NCBI GenBank assembly: GCA_951406725.2
Contig: OX597835.1
Location: forward strand, 45,880,001-45,944,000
Length of the DNA stretch: 64,000 bases
DNA from: Octopus vulgaris
Lineage: Eukaryota
Direction: 5' to 3'
Position numbers and translations under genes: made by a program. Under the pieces are notes generated by a model that had not been told where the DNA came from, searched no databases, and worked only from the letters and a program-made list of their open reading frames with translations. Positions 43,201-57,048 of the stretch are shown piece after piece. Every line of letters starts with the position of its first letter. Position 1 is the stretch's first letter.

Positions 43201-43583
43201 TGGAAGCACTCCGTCGGTTCCGACGACGAGGGTTCCGGTTGATCCGATCAACGGAACAGCCTGCTCGTGAAATTAACGTTCCAGTGGCTGAGCACTCCAC
43301 AGACACGAGTACCCTTAATGTAGTTCTCGGGGATATTCAGCATGACACAGAGAGTGACAAGGCCGGCCCTTTGAAATAGAGGTAGAGCAGAAACAGGAAG
43401 TAAGAGTGAGAGAAAGTTGTGGTGAAAGAGTACAGCAGGGATCACCAGCATCCCCTGCCGGAGCCTCGTGGAGCTTTAGGTGTTTTCGCTCAATAAACAC
43501 TCACAACGCCCGGTCTGGGAATCGAAACCGCGATCCTACGACCGCGAGTCCGCTGCCCTAACAACTAGGCCATTGCGCCTCCA
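43201..43583 (-). mobile_element. SINE family C, full length, with 13-bp TSD
   Basis: Head ggaggcgcaatggcctagttgttagggcagcggacTCGcggtc...ggtttcgattccc. ctaatgtttagta is duplicated at 43188-43200 and 43584-43596. Confidence 0.92.
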
Positions 43584-43981
43584 CTAATGTTTAGTAAGCT
43601 CAAGTAAGACTTGTGAGAAGATAAAGTCATTAATGCAGAAAAAGAAAACAAGGTCCTCATTGTCGCAAATTCTGGAGTCAGTACGTAATTAGTTGGTTTC
43701 AGCGCATTTGTGGACTAATGCAAAAAAAGAAATGGGGGACAACGCCCTTCATTAATATGTGTAAAATTTATTTCAATATTATACAAAGGGATTCATTTAA
43801 TTGAGGGAGAGTCTGAAGCACATGACAGATATTTAAGGTTACATGTTAAACCCAAAAGAGGTCATTAAGCCTACACACACAAACACACACACATGCGCGC
43901 ACACGTACACATACACAGACAAACACACAAATATATGTATATATACATATACGTATATATACACATGCAAATATACATGCA

Positions 43982-44030
<49 letters not shown>

Positions 44031-44216
44031 ATATATATCTATATAAATACATACACATACATACACATGTATTTATATATATAAACATATATAACACATA
44101 TACACACAGAGAGGTTTATATTTAATATACATATTAGGCATATATATGTATATATATATATATATACAAACACGCACACAAACGCATATATATATATGTA
44201 TGTATATATGTATATA

Positions 44217-44304
<88 letters not shown>

Positions 44305-44601
44305 TGGATAGACATACATACATTCACCAACAAAGTTGCGGCGTCTTGAGCTCATAGACATAGTTGGTTCCACCGCTTCCATATTTAATTTTACGGTGGA
44401 TTTACAAGACAAATCTTCACAGCTCTAACAAGCTACGATATTTGTCAGACAAAAAACAAAAATATATCTTACATTTTCTTCAAAGTACTTCAAAGTATCA
44501 TTGTGTTGTATGTACTAAATGAATGACAGCTTAAAAACTTAACAATAACTAATCAGCACGTACAATGTGAATACATATGTATATATGAGTGTATACATAG
44601 G

Positions 44602-44693
<92 letters not shown>

Positions 44694-44883
44694 GATACAT
44701 TAGTATGTGTATATATACTTATGTATATATACACACACATATATATAGATACAGATATGTATATACTATATATAGATAATCAGGAATAAATTTACAAACA
44801 CATGCATAATTCCATGCTTAAATATATATATGTAAATATTTAAACATATACATATATACTTAAATATATATCCACATATATAT

Positions 44884-44966
<83 letters not shown>

Positions 44967-45669
44967 ACATATACGCATGACACTAGCTATGTATATGTGT
45001 GTATTTAGATACATATATATATAGGTATACGCATGTGTATATATATGTATATATAGATACACATATCTATATACATATATATTTCGTATATATGTATGTA
45101 TATGCATGTATATGTGTGTGTGTTGTAATTGTGTGTGTATATGTATCTGTGTATATGTTTATAAGTGTGTTATCCACGCATGCGTAGGCGGATATCCATA
45201 TACGTACGTTTGTATATACATAGATGCATAACTGTGTTAAGCCTCATAAAAATATCATTGAATGAGATCCACACACTGAATAACGGCGACAGGAGTAGCA
45301 GTAATATTTGAAATTATTTATTTCGACCGCCATTTTGGTTGTTGTTTGTCACGTTACACCTTCTACAATCATCAGCATCACCAGCACCATTATCACAATC
45401 AAGAAACAGTATTCTTACAACTGGCAATTCTAGAACACTTTTCTCCTTATTTTAGTTCTTCTTGTGGTTCTCTAATGATGTTGTAACGTTGAAGTATTGA
45501 TTAGCTATAAACTACCACTAATTGACTGATTGTTAAACATACATCGATAACTTCAGCTTTAGTCATTCATCTATGATGTTATTGACAGCAATCAAGAAAC
45601 TCTTGTCTTTCGGGAGATCTTCATTTTTTATCTCTGTTTTTCATTTTACACTCATACGTATGACTATGT

Positions 45670-45935
<266 letters not shown>

Positions 45936-46759
45936 TGGATGTAGGAGGTGTTGTCACACATATATTCATTGTAAGTATGTTGTAGTTCCGATTGCTACCA
46001 TCTTTGGAATGTTTCTTGCTTTTATTGTTGGTTTTGTCGTATAACCGACAAAGCTTATGTGAGAAAGATTTCATTCCGTGACTATCACGTTTTCCATATC
46101 GACAAAGATCAAACATGTACTTTTACATGCGTTGTTCCAATTGAACTGTGCGTATGTCTGTGTATATATATATATATAATTTTTTTTATAATTAGTTTAC
46201 CGAACTTCTTGGTAAGATTAATTAATTTTACGTTTTATTATTATTGCTAATATAATTCTCTCCTTGATATTAAACTGCAGCTTCTGCGGAGTTACTCGTA
46301 ACGCACGTGGGTGTTTGGGAGAAGGTGCGAGCCCTAACTCGTCTGTATGGTATTCGGAAGTACTGGATTTCGGATATTAATTTTGTTTGGTGGCGCTTGG
46401 TCGAATGGATTTCTTGATTACAATTGCTCTCAAATTTGTATTTGAAATACAATACTGATGACGGAAATAAGGTATGAGTAATTTTACATATCTTTAATCC
46501 AGAAACGCCTATATAGTTAATCAAAACCGGGTGCATTCGTTATTTTTTTCTCTTTGCCCGTGTGAGTTGTGAATAGTGCTGTCTGGGAGATATCTTATGG
46601 TAGTTAGAATAATATTTAACTGCTATTTCTAAATTTCGGTGTGTGGTGAAGCAATTTTCGCTATATCCTAATTATAATTATGTTTATAATTATAAAAATG
46701 TGTGTAAAAGTTTACCGATAATGGTAAGATCATTAATTATAAATTGATTAATTGATTTT

Positions 46760-46814
<55 letters not shown>

Positions 46815-46820
46815 AATATA

Positions 46821-47112
46821 TATATATTATATTAAATTAGAGACAAAACCACTATTAGGCAAATCATACAATGAAAAACTTAAGCCAATACATAAGATTA
46901 TTTAATTTATATTATTTAAATATATAACAAAATTATTAAAAAAAATATAATTAAATCTTATGTATTGGTTTAAGTTTTTCATTGTATGATTTGCCTAATA
47001 GTGGTTTTGTCTCTAATTTAATATAATATAATATTTTACTATAAAATTGGATTCAATCCTAAATCTGATTTTTCCTTGTAAGTTTGGAATTATTCCCTAA
47101 TATTTATTATTA

Positions 47113-47115
<3 letters not shown>
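46821..47115. repeat. AT-rich module with ~77-bp inverted arms, between (TA)n tracts
   Basis: 46821-46899 pairs with 46954-47030 (attagagacaaaaccactattaggcaaatcatacaatgaaaaactta and its reverse complement). Confidence 0.85.
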
Positions 47116-47157
<42 letters not shown>

Positions 47158-47987
47158 GAGAGAGAGAGAGATGTATATGTATATACCTGCAATTTTTTAC
47201 TTGTTTCATTCATCGGACTGCCGGCATCAGGGGGGCACCGCCTTGAAGAACCTTTAAGTGCATGAATCGACTTTACTACTTATTTTTCTTTTGTAGTTGT
47301 GTGTTGTGTTTTTAGTGATTCCATTGCTGTTATATTCATCGATAACTACGAATATAATACTCCATACATCTGGTTCTCTTCTATATCTAGGTCTAATTTG
47401 CTCAGTATCTTTAGCAATTCTCTGGTAAAAATCTCTAGAACCCATTTCAGATCTGTCAGCTTTCGCTGCTTTTCTAGCAAAGCGAGTCTTCATACCGATA
47501 TTATTTCGCAGACACATTGTTCTTAGTTGCTGTTGCGTTTTTTTTTTTGTTGCTACTGTTGAAGTTTATCACAAGGAAACCAAATCTACTCGGTTACATT
47601 TATAACCAGAGTCATTCCGGCCGTAACCGTCCTGCCTATATGCGACTGGGTGTTCATCGATTTACGTTACTTCAATTGTTGATTTTCACAGATAGTTTTA
47701 AAGACAGTTAGGCGTGTTGGTTGGAGGTGTTATTTTGGGTTTTATTTCTAGCATTTCTCCTAACAACGTAGAGAAACCGTCCTTGGCTTGAGGTTGGTGT
47801 TGATTGTTGCCGTTGTTAGCGGCCATATGTGCAATAATATAGGAACTGGTGATGCTTGCCTTGCCTTCCTCTTGGATTGGGACAATCGATCTCGGGACGT
47901 TTGATGAGAAGCCGAACATGCTCGAAATTCCAAAAAGCTGTTATTCATTTCTTAGGGATATTTAGTTAAATTTCCCCTGTTATGTAT

Positions 47988-48020
<33 letters not shown>

Positions 48021-48030
48021 TTCCTGTTGT

Positions 48031-48087
<57 letters not shown>

Positions 48088-48455
48088 CACTACTACTACT
48101 GCGCGCATACACACACATATACAGGGAGGGAGAGATAGAGAGATAAATCACTGGTCCAATGATCAGAGTTTTACACTTATGATCGATCGCTAGATGGTGA
48201 TTTCGATTCCCAGCCTGGGATGAGTTGTGGTCTTCGGAAAAGCATTATATTCCACATTACTCTGCGATCATTTCGACATCTGACGTGCGGCACTCTTGTT
48301 CAGCTGTACCATCAATGTCTGAGGAGGGAGTGATCTTCAGCGGAAACAAACACTTGATCACTTTCAACAAAAATATCATCTGTGTGTTCGTACAGCAAAA
48401 AATTGCGGAATCCTCACTCATATTGTCCATATTGATTCCATATTGTCTATGTATA

Positions 48456-48557
<102 letters not shown>

Positions 48558-49117
48558 CATACATATATATATATATGAGGTGGGGACTGAAATACTGTTC
48601 ACTTTAAGATTATGTTGAAAAGCTTGGCTGGAGCCCCAAGCTAAAGAAAAAGAGGGGAAGGGAGAGGGAAGAAGAAGAAAAAATTTTTTTTGCTCTGCTG
48701 GACAGGATGCTTTAGCACCCATTCCAAATAGAAAACACATACACACACACGCACGCACGCACACACACACATGCTCTCTCTCTCTCTCACTTTCTCCTCA
48801 TCCATTACCCTCTTGTACTGTCTTATATTCCTCCCCACCACTACAAACTCAATAACACTATAAAATGGTCAAAACTTTTCACACAGGAACTTAGTTTGAT
48901 TTGAAAACCCCACTAGAATGGGAGAAAGCGCTAATACATGATCTAAGTTATATGATGTATAAAAATGTAATATACAAATAAATATCTGTAAATATAAACC
49001 ATCCGATTTTCTGAGTACCTCATTTCTTCGAATATGTATATATATCAAAATTAATAACCACAAGAAACGGAAATTGTCTAAGCTTAACAAGCAGAAAAAG
49101 GATAATAGCACAACAAC

Positions 49118-49169
<52 letters not shown>

Positions 49170-49176
<7 letters not shown>

Positions 49177-49310
49177 ATTGTAGCGTGGAAGGCATTTATA
49201 AGCCATTTAAGAAACACACAAAATCCGTTACATTCACTTCAGCATTTAAATTTAATTTGTCAAAATATTTTCGTCGCTTTCAGACCGCGACCTGTTCACT
49301 AACAGAAAAC
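49170..49310 (-). mobile_element. PLE-type terminal module with variant hammerhead core
   Basis: Minus strand tgtta-GTGAACA-g-gtcgc-ggtctgaaa-gcgac-GAAA-atat-TT-tgaca. Abuts (TA)n. Confidence 0.6.
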
Positions 49311-49635
49311 CGTGCTGCATGACTAGGCAACTGCTGATCTCCCATAAATAACTTTGCTCGGAGTTGTACTTCGGAAGGGAGCTTTCCAGGTACAATACCA
49401 AGGTCATTCACAACCGAAGAGGGTCTTTACCCGTAAAGCTAGAGTGACCCTAAAAGGACTGCATGCGATGTTTGCTTCGGCGAGAGACGAAACGATATCG
49501 AATCAGAGGGAACCAATATAAGTAGTCAAAAGACACTCTGTGAAACATTTCAAAAGTTGGAATCGTCACGATTTGAACTTTGATGAGCTTTTTACCGCTT
49601 TCAGTGTATCGAAAGCTAACAGCAACTTTAATAAA

Positions 49636-49856
49636 TGTTGTTGTTGTTGTTGTTGTTGTTCTTCTTCTTCTTCTTCTTCTTCTTCTTCTTCTTCTTCTTC
49701 TTCTTCTTCTTCTGCTTCCTCTTCTTCCTCTTCTTTCATTCTCCTCCTCCACCATCTCCTCCCCCTTCTCCTCCACCATCCTCTCCCCTTCTCCTCCTCC
49801 CCTCCTCCTCCTACTACTGCTACTGCTGATACTACACTTACTACTACTACTACTAT

Positions 49857-49922
<66 letters not shown>

Positions 49923-50015
49923 GCCTCCTAGTACTGCTTCCGCTGCTACGACCATTATTGGCGCTACTTTCGGAACTGCTGCTGACGACGATTAATATAC
50001 TTCTACAACAACGAC

Positions 50016-50112
<97 letters not shown>

Positions 50113-50121
50113 AAGAAGAAG
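49636..50121. repeat. Compound trinucleotide array (TTG/TTC/CTC/TAC/AAT/AAG)
   Basis: Direct reading. Confidence 0.95.
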
Positions 50122-50887
50122 AATCGTGCTAATGAAGGTAGTAGTAATGATGTCCTCCCTTCTCCTCCACCTCTTCCACTTACTACTAGTACCACTACTC
50201 GGCCGTATCTCTCTCAATTAATAATCTAGATACGATAGGACAAGTTAATACACAATAGTATTTGATTAACTCAGGCGACAAAATAGATTTTTCACAAAAC
50301 GAAAATAATTTTAAAAGAGAAATCTCATTTGGACAAATTGTTTGTATACAATTGCTTAACGTTCATATTGAGAAGTCTTTGTGGTATTCTCTTCCATTAT
50401 TTATTTATTGTAATAATTGTTATTTTTTATTCATGATTATTTCCACCCCACCCCCTTTATTAACACTTCATTGAAAATATATTCGTTGTTTATGAAAAGC
50501 AAATGTGTTTCGGTCTCCGCCAAAATAATTAAATGCTTGGTCCTTATAATTAATTCACACACAATGCTAATAATCACACGTTTACGCAAGAGACATTATC
50601 AAATTGTTTGCTTGAAAATTTACGTTTCTCGATCGTTTCATGTGATTATGTATCAAGTATTTCTGCAGTACATTTGTATACTTATATATCTATCTATCTG
50701 CGTGTGTGTGTGTGTGTGTATGTGTATGTGTGTGTGTGTGTGTGCGAGTGTGTGTGCGTGTGTGTGCGTATGCGTGCATATGTGTCTTCTTCGTTGCTGT
50801 TGATGTGTGTCCTTGTGCAAGCATATATATACATACATTATAGATCCGTTTATATAGAGATAGCCAAACAGATATGTAGACATGGTG

Positions 50888-50936
<49 letters not shown>

Positions 50937-51999
50937 CGTATATATATATACATACATACATACATACTTGCGTACACACATACATACATACACATATAAG
51001 TGTGTGGGTTTGTATGTATATATATATTTACTTATATATATATGTATATATATAATCGCTATCTCTTTCTCTCTTTCTCTCTGTCTCACACACACACACA
51101 CATACGCACGCACGTATGCTCTCAAAGAGATATATGCAAAATCTCCACCTGTAACGTGTATCTACGCAATGTATGTGTGCATGGATACGTGGAAGGCTGT
51201 TCAATGTCTGTGCATGTCTATGTGTATATGTTGGTATACGTGTATATAAGAGTGGATGTCTTATTTATTTAGACACGCTCTTTACTAATGTACGTGCAGA
51301 CAATTAGATATATGTCGGTGCTTTTGTGTGTATGTAGGCATATATATGTGTTAAGTGTACATGTGTGTGTGTGTGTGTGTGTGTACAGATAAACACATCT
51401 ATATACATAAATACCCAAACAGGTGTATATACAAAGTTGAACTTATTGTGCACCATTTTCTTGAAATAATCTCAGATATCGGCTGAAAGTCATTTGCAAG
51501 TCTATCGGGAATTCTATTTTTCAATACATTTTAAAATACATTCCATCGAATAGCACAACACCGCAAGTACAGATTACAATAACTATTCAACAATAACGGT
51601 TAGAGAAATGTCCTGATAGATTCTACGTCTCTCTCGACGATGAATATTCAGTGCTTCGCAAAGCTGAATTTCTTCTCGTGAAATTATCTTCTAATCACGT
51701 GACTACTACATATTCGGATGTACTTTTATTGGAAATTCCCGGGCGAATCACTGCAATTTTAAATATTAAGAAGGAGCAAAGAATCTAAAGTACATAGGTT
51801 ATCGTCAGACCGCTCTATACCTACAGATCCTTTGCTATGCTCAAGCTACAACTACTGGATTCAGCTGAAAATTAATAGTAAGATTTCAATCAACCTGATT
51901 TACCTGTTACGGTTCTGGCTATATTCAGGTGTTGAGAATCACCTGACCCTTTAAACTGATGTGAACGTACTTAAATTTTACTCTTAAAAGTAAGGACCC

Positions 52000-52150
52000 G
52001 AACTGGCAGGATCTTTTGCGCGCCGGATAAAATACTTTACGGCATTTCATCTGTCTTTATTTTGTGAGTTCAAATTCTGCCGAGACTGACTTTGTCTCTC
52101 ATCCTTTCGGGGTCGATAAAATAAGTACCAGTGAAACAATGCTGTCGATG
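52000..52150 (+). mobile_element. SINE family A, diverged
   Basis: gagttcaaattctgccgagactgactttgtctctcatcctttcggggtcgataaaataagtaccag. Confidence 0.65.
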
Positions 52151-52819
52151 CAATTTGAAACTGATATAGTGATCATTACTATAGTTATCACTACCATTGT
52201 TACTTTTATTGTTGGTAGTTCTATTAGTAGTGATATTCGTTCTCATTATTATCATTTCTATCAATTAAGGCGGCAAGATGACAAAATCGTTTACCGCGAC
52301 GTATGAAATGGTTAGCGGTGGAAGTTGCCCTTAAGCATATCATGGTCGATGAAAAAGTACCAGTCACGCACCGGGGTTGATGTAATCGGCCGTACCCCTT
52401 ACCATGCAGAAGACAGGATTTCTGCTTTACAGTTCATATTTGCATGCGTAAATATCCATCCGACTTTTGTGTTAATATATTGACCAGTATATATGTGCGG
52501 ACATATACTGCATTTGGATACCCTGAATGATTTTCCACTGTTGTATAGATCCAAATATGCGTTGGTCAACAGCTGATTCAGGTTTTTGGCTGCCGTTTTT
52601 GGTTGACTTTTAATTTTAGCAAATGCCCCACCAGTAATTACAACTTTTAGTTAGTTACTTTGACAGGCAAGTTTATTTTGTTGACATTTTAAAGGTATTT
52701 TGGTGACATGGGTTGTATTTCATGATATACTCTATGATTTTCTGTTCTTGTGTTCCTTTCGTGGGGTGTTTATGTTCTTCTGTAGGTGAGAAAGTTGGTG
52801 CCTGAAAGCACGTGGCTGG

Positions 52820-53762
52820 ATGTATGAAAAATAGAAAAAAGGGGAAAAAAAATACAGAAGGTTTGTTTTATAAATATTTAAGTCGTTATGTTAGAAAAAT
52901 GTTAGAAAATTTTGTGTATAGTGTACCTGAGCACTGTATACAATTAATTTCATTATTATAGTTTTTGGAGAAATAACCGGTTTCCTGTAAACTTTTCAAA
53001 TTTCTCAAATTTCTTTACCTACATCGTGTCATGTCTTCGTTATGAAGTGCAAAGAAGAGTTCCAGGCAGGGGTAGGTAATGAGGAATTTCTTCCGGTATA
53101 AGGGAGATAAACGCTTTATATTTTTTTCTTTTTTTCAATGAGATGAGTTTCTCTGTATAAGAATGTGAGGATGGTTAAGTTTAGGCTTATATTTTTCAAT
53201 GAAGAATGTTTACTTGTTTAATCTAATTTGTGTTGGTGTTCCAATAGCACATTGATAGAATGGAAAGATTAAAAATTGTGGTAATAGTTGCTTTGCGCAT
53301 TTCTCAAAATGCTCAATAAAGGGTATCATTCTGCATTCTGGGAATGCAATCTGTTGTCGATGCAGAGTACATCTGCGTCTGAGTGATAATCCCGTGAACC
53401 CTACGTAGCTTTGGTGGCAGCCCGAGCATCTTATGACATAAATTATGTTTTCTGAAGCACAAGTAAAATTTGATTTGATCTTGAATTTGTGTCCCTCTTT
53501 GAAAAGGAATTCTGATCCTTCTAGAAGGTTTGGGCATGTTGCGCAATTCCCCCTGTCTGGAACTCTTCTTTACACTACAGAACGACGACATGACATGATG
53601 TAGGTAAAAAATTTGAGAAATTTGACAAGTTTACACGACACCGGTTATTTCTCCAAAAACTAAGTTACTATACACAAAATGTTTCTAACATAGCGACTTA
53701 AATATATTCTTTAACCTTATAAAACAAGCCTTTTGTATTTTTTTCACTCTTTCGTATTTTAT
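52820..53762 (-). mobile_element. Truncated Penelope-like element: GIY-YIG endonuclease fragment between inverted terminal copies
   Basis: Minus strand ~53130-53560 translates to CATCPNL...FKIKSNFTCASENIIYVIRCSGCHQSYVGFTGLSLRRRCTLHRQQI...EHFEKC...FLIFPFY...FFIEKYKPKLN. Arms 52820-53041 and 53581-53762 are inverted. Confidence 0.88.
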
Positions 53763-53765
53763 ATA

Positions 53766-54789
53766 TGTTGTTACGAACCTGCGGTCACTCAACTTCGAAC
53801 CCGGGACCCTACTAAGTCGAGCGACGGATGATTGACCAGGCTCAGTCGAACCGAGAATCCGCCACAGAGAGAGAAACGGTGGTGGGGGATGGCAGCGAAC
53901 TCGAACCGGCGACCGGAGATAACAATAACAACAACAGGAGGAAGAGAGACACGGCGGAAGGCAATTTGCTTACATTTAAGAACAGTTTATACAATTATTA
54001 CAACATCAAATACAATGTAATACATAGCAGATACCTTAAAGAAAATAACAGGCAACAGAATTAAAAAGAAAAAAAACAAAAATGCATTTAAACATAACAC
54101 GTCGTTCGAAAACAATCAAAGGCATGCACGATACACCAAGTCCGGAGACAATCAAAACAGTTCAAATTGATGCAATATAGTTCGAAACAGCTCAACATTA
54201 AAGTCTTTCTCTTTCTTTCTTTTTCTCTTTAACACAATTCACAATGTTCTTTATAATCTCATTTCTTTTCTTCCGCTTTTCCTTCTCTTTTTTTTTGGAC
54301 ACAATTCTTTTTAGTTCTTTACAACATATTGCAGCTTACGTCACAATCTCGTTTCTTTTACATTTCACATTAAAAGATAAACAAAACATAACGTTACATT
54401 TTCTAGTTACAAACTCCTACTATACAAGTAATCCATTCCTTCACGCTGCAATTTCTCTCACCTCCTCAATCCTCTGTGTATGTCTTTCTCAACGTTGTCG
54501 TTGCCTCTCGCCATCACCACCCTCGCATCGACTGCTGTCTTTGCCAACATACTGTCTCTTCCGGACCTTTTGCTGTCTCAGGCAGAACTGACCTGTTGCC
54601 AAACTGGTCCCGATGCCAACTGACTAACAAACCCAGCTCGTCGCATTTTAAAGGGTGGTTTCTTCCAAACTCATTAATACTCCACACAAAATGAGAGAAC
54701 AAAGCGCAATAACTTTTTATCCAGACTCTCCGACTACAAACCAACGAAACTGGGTCATAAAACGCTTTTTTCCGAACTGACCTCCATAT

Positions 54790-54791
<2 letters not shown>
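53766..54791. mobile_element. Candidate solo LTR (~1 kb)
   Basis: Begins tgttgttacg and ends catatca (TG...CA) with atata on both flanks. Non-coding with CpG-rich ends. No second copy in the window. Confidence 0.4.
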
Positions 54792-54842
<51 letters not shown>

Positions 54843-54885
54843 AGAGCAATGGTACTATTAACAGACTATCACTAGTGGCAATCGA

Positions 54886-54932
54886 ATATCAGCCGTACAA
54901 GCAAATTGATAAAATATATACTTATATGTACT

Positions 54933-54981
<49 letters not shown>

Positions 54982-55024
54982 ATCAGCCGTACAAGCAAAT
55001 TGATAAAATATATACTTATATGTA

Positions 55025-55095
<71 letters not shown>
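54886..55095. repeat. Tandem duplication bounded by microsatellites
   Basis: atatcagccgtacaagcaaattgataaaatatatacttatatgtactta occurs identically at ~54886 and ~54980. Confidence 0.9.
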
Positions 55096-55097
<2 letters not shown>

Positions 55098-55492
55098 ATA
55101 TGTATATATATATATATGTGTGTGTGTATGTATGTATGTATGTATATAGGTATGCATGCATGTATGTATATGTTCATTGCGTCATCTCCGGCCATTGTTG
55201 AGCCTATCATTGTCTTAAGACCTTTCCTTTTCCACTTCCCCAGTCAACACGGATAACCCCCGCCATACACATCTTCACACAATGTCATGTCACCATGCCA
55301 AGTCTTCGTTCTTCAGTTCAATCCCAACTGTACGTAAATACCTTCACTCAGAATTTTACCGATCGATAAATGTTGACATTGATTGAAAATATCACCAAAG
55401 TACTGGTCACGTTTTCGTAAACGTGATGGGCTTCCAGCAATATAGAATATACAGTTGGAACCTGAACAAATGAATGATAATCACAACAAAAT

Positions 55493-55509
55493 ATAATAAT
55501 AATAATAAT

Positions 55510-55552
<43 letters not shown>

Positions 55553-55657
55553 GAAATAATAATAATAATAATAATATTAATAATAATAATAATAATTAAT
55601 AATGATAATAATAATAATATAAAAATAATAATAACAACAATAATGATGATGATGATG

Positions 55658-55695
<38 letters not shown>

Positions 55696-55787
55696 TAATA
55701 ATAATAATAATATTAATAATAATAATAATAATTAATAATGATAATAATAATAATATAAAAATAATAATCACAACAATAATGATGATG

Positions 55788-55859
<72 letters not shown>

Positions 55860-55918
55860 GTAGTAATGATGATGATGATGATGATGGTGATGATATTAAT
55901 AATAATAATAATAATAAC

Positions 55919-55979
<61 letters not shown>

Positions 55980-55980
55980 G
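55493..55980. repeat. (AAT)n microsatellite with (GAT)n interruptions
   Basis: Direct reading. Confidence 0.95.
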
Positions 55981-56219
55981 ACAATGGAAGAAGAATAAAC
56001 GAAATAACTAAACCTATGCGTAAATGAGAATGAAAATTGTTAACACAAATGTTATGTGAGGCATGTATTAGATTGTTTCGCATGGCATGTTGCATTTTTA
56101 ATTACTTAGTATTTCAGTCATTTAAAAAACACAATTATGTATACCTTGCATTTAATCTTGACTCTTTTTCTTTCCCAAAAATATCGGTATACAAAATTCG
56201 TAACCACAGACCTTACGAA

Positions 56220-56600
56220 AATGATAACAACCAAACTTTGTGGAGTGATTTTCTCGTATGAGTACAAACTGGGTCATTCTGCCGCAGAAACTCTACGGAA
56301 TATCAAGAGGGACTTTGGTAATGGTTTTGTTGACGTCACAACTGTTGAGAGATGGTTCAAAGCTCTCGTTCAGGAGATAATAGCCTTGAAAATAAACCAA
56401 GGGGTAGACCAAAATCAGTTATACGACATGAAGGATTAAATGCTTTGGTTGAACAAAAGCCGAGATCAAAGGTTCGAAAAATTTCATCAGAACTCCAAAC
56501 ATATCGCACAACTGTTTTTGGACACCTGTAAAAAATTGGATACGCCAAGAAAACGGATAGGTTTGTTCCATATCAGATCAACGAAATAAAAAATACAGAC
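56220..56600 (+). mobile_element. Mariner transposase N-terminal fragment (Hsmar1/cecropia-like), degenerate
   Basis: IFSYEYKLGHSAAETLRNIKRDFGNGFVDVTTVERWFK and later KIGYAKKTDRFVPYQI, compared with KLDKWVPHEL. Confidence 0.75.
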
Positions 56601-56884
56601 ACCTTGAAGTGTGCTTTTAACCAAAATGAAGTTGATTGACAAAATTATTTTTTGAACCTGTTGAAGGCACACAAGATGACAAAATATTGTTCACTAGATG
56701 TTAATGGCGCTTTACTTTTACTGTTGTCTTTTTAATAGTAATAATAATAACAACAACAATAACCACAGGAACAACGACAACAATAATAATAATAATAATA
56801 ATAGTAGTAATCATTATCGTCGTCATCATCATCATCATCATCATCAGAAGAAGAAGAAGAAGAAGAAGAACAACGACAACAACA

Positions 56885-57048
56885 ACATCGAAAAATACCT
56901 TAAGAATGAGAACCCAGATTCGAAATTTTCCCAAGACACCTGATGAAGGCTGGAGGGTATATCAGCCGAAATGTTGTGTTAACAACAAACAAGCTGAGGA
57001 TAAATATTCGTCAAATGTAAATAATGTAAATAATTCCTCATCTCTTAA
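56885..57048 (+). mobile_element. Retroelement terminal module with minimal type I hammerhead fold
   Basis: gacac-CTGATGA-a-ggctg-gagggtatat-cagcc-GAAA-tg-TT-gtgtt at 56935-56980. Follows a trinucleotide array. Confidence 0.7.

Noticed and set aside
43510-43583. Possible tRNA-Arg(TCG) gene
   Set aside because: It is the head of a SINE with a body, tail and TSD, and lacks a proper acceptor stem.
46280-46540. Possible Dong RT remnant (APGFD...FWIK on the minus strand)
   Set aside because: Only one short motif among many stops.
49450-50221. Overlapping 200+ aa ORFs
   Set aside because: Translations of a compound trinucleotide array.
52400-52790. Possible second decayed PLE coding fragment
   Set aside because: Only faint similarity (NMNCKA), not supportable by eye.
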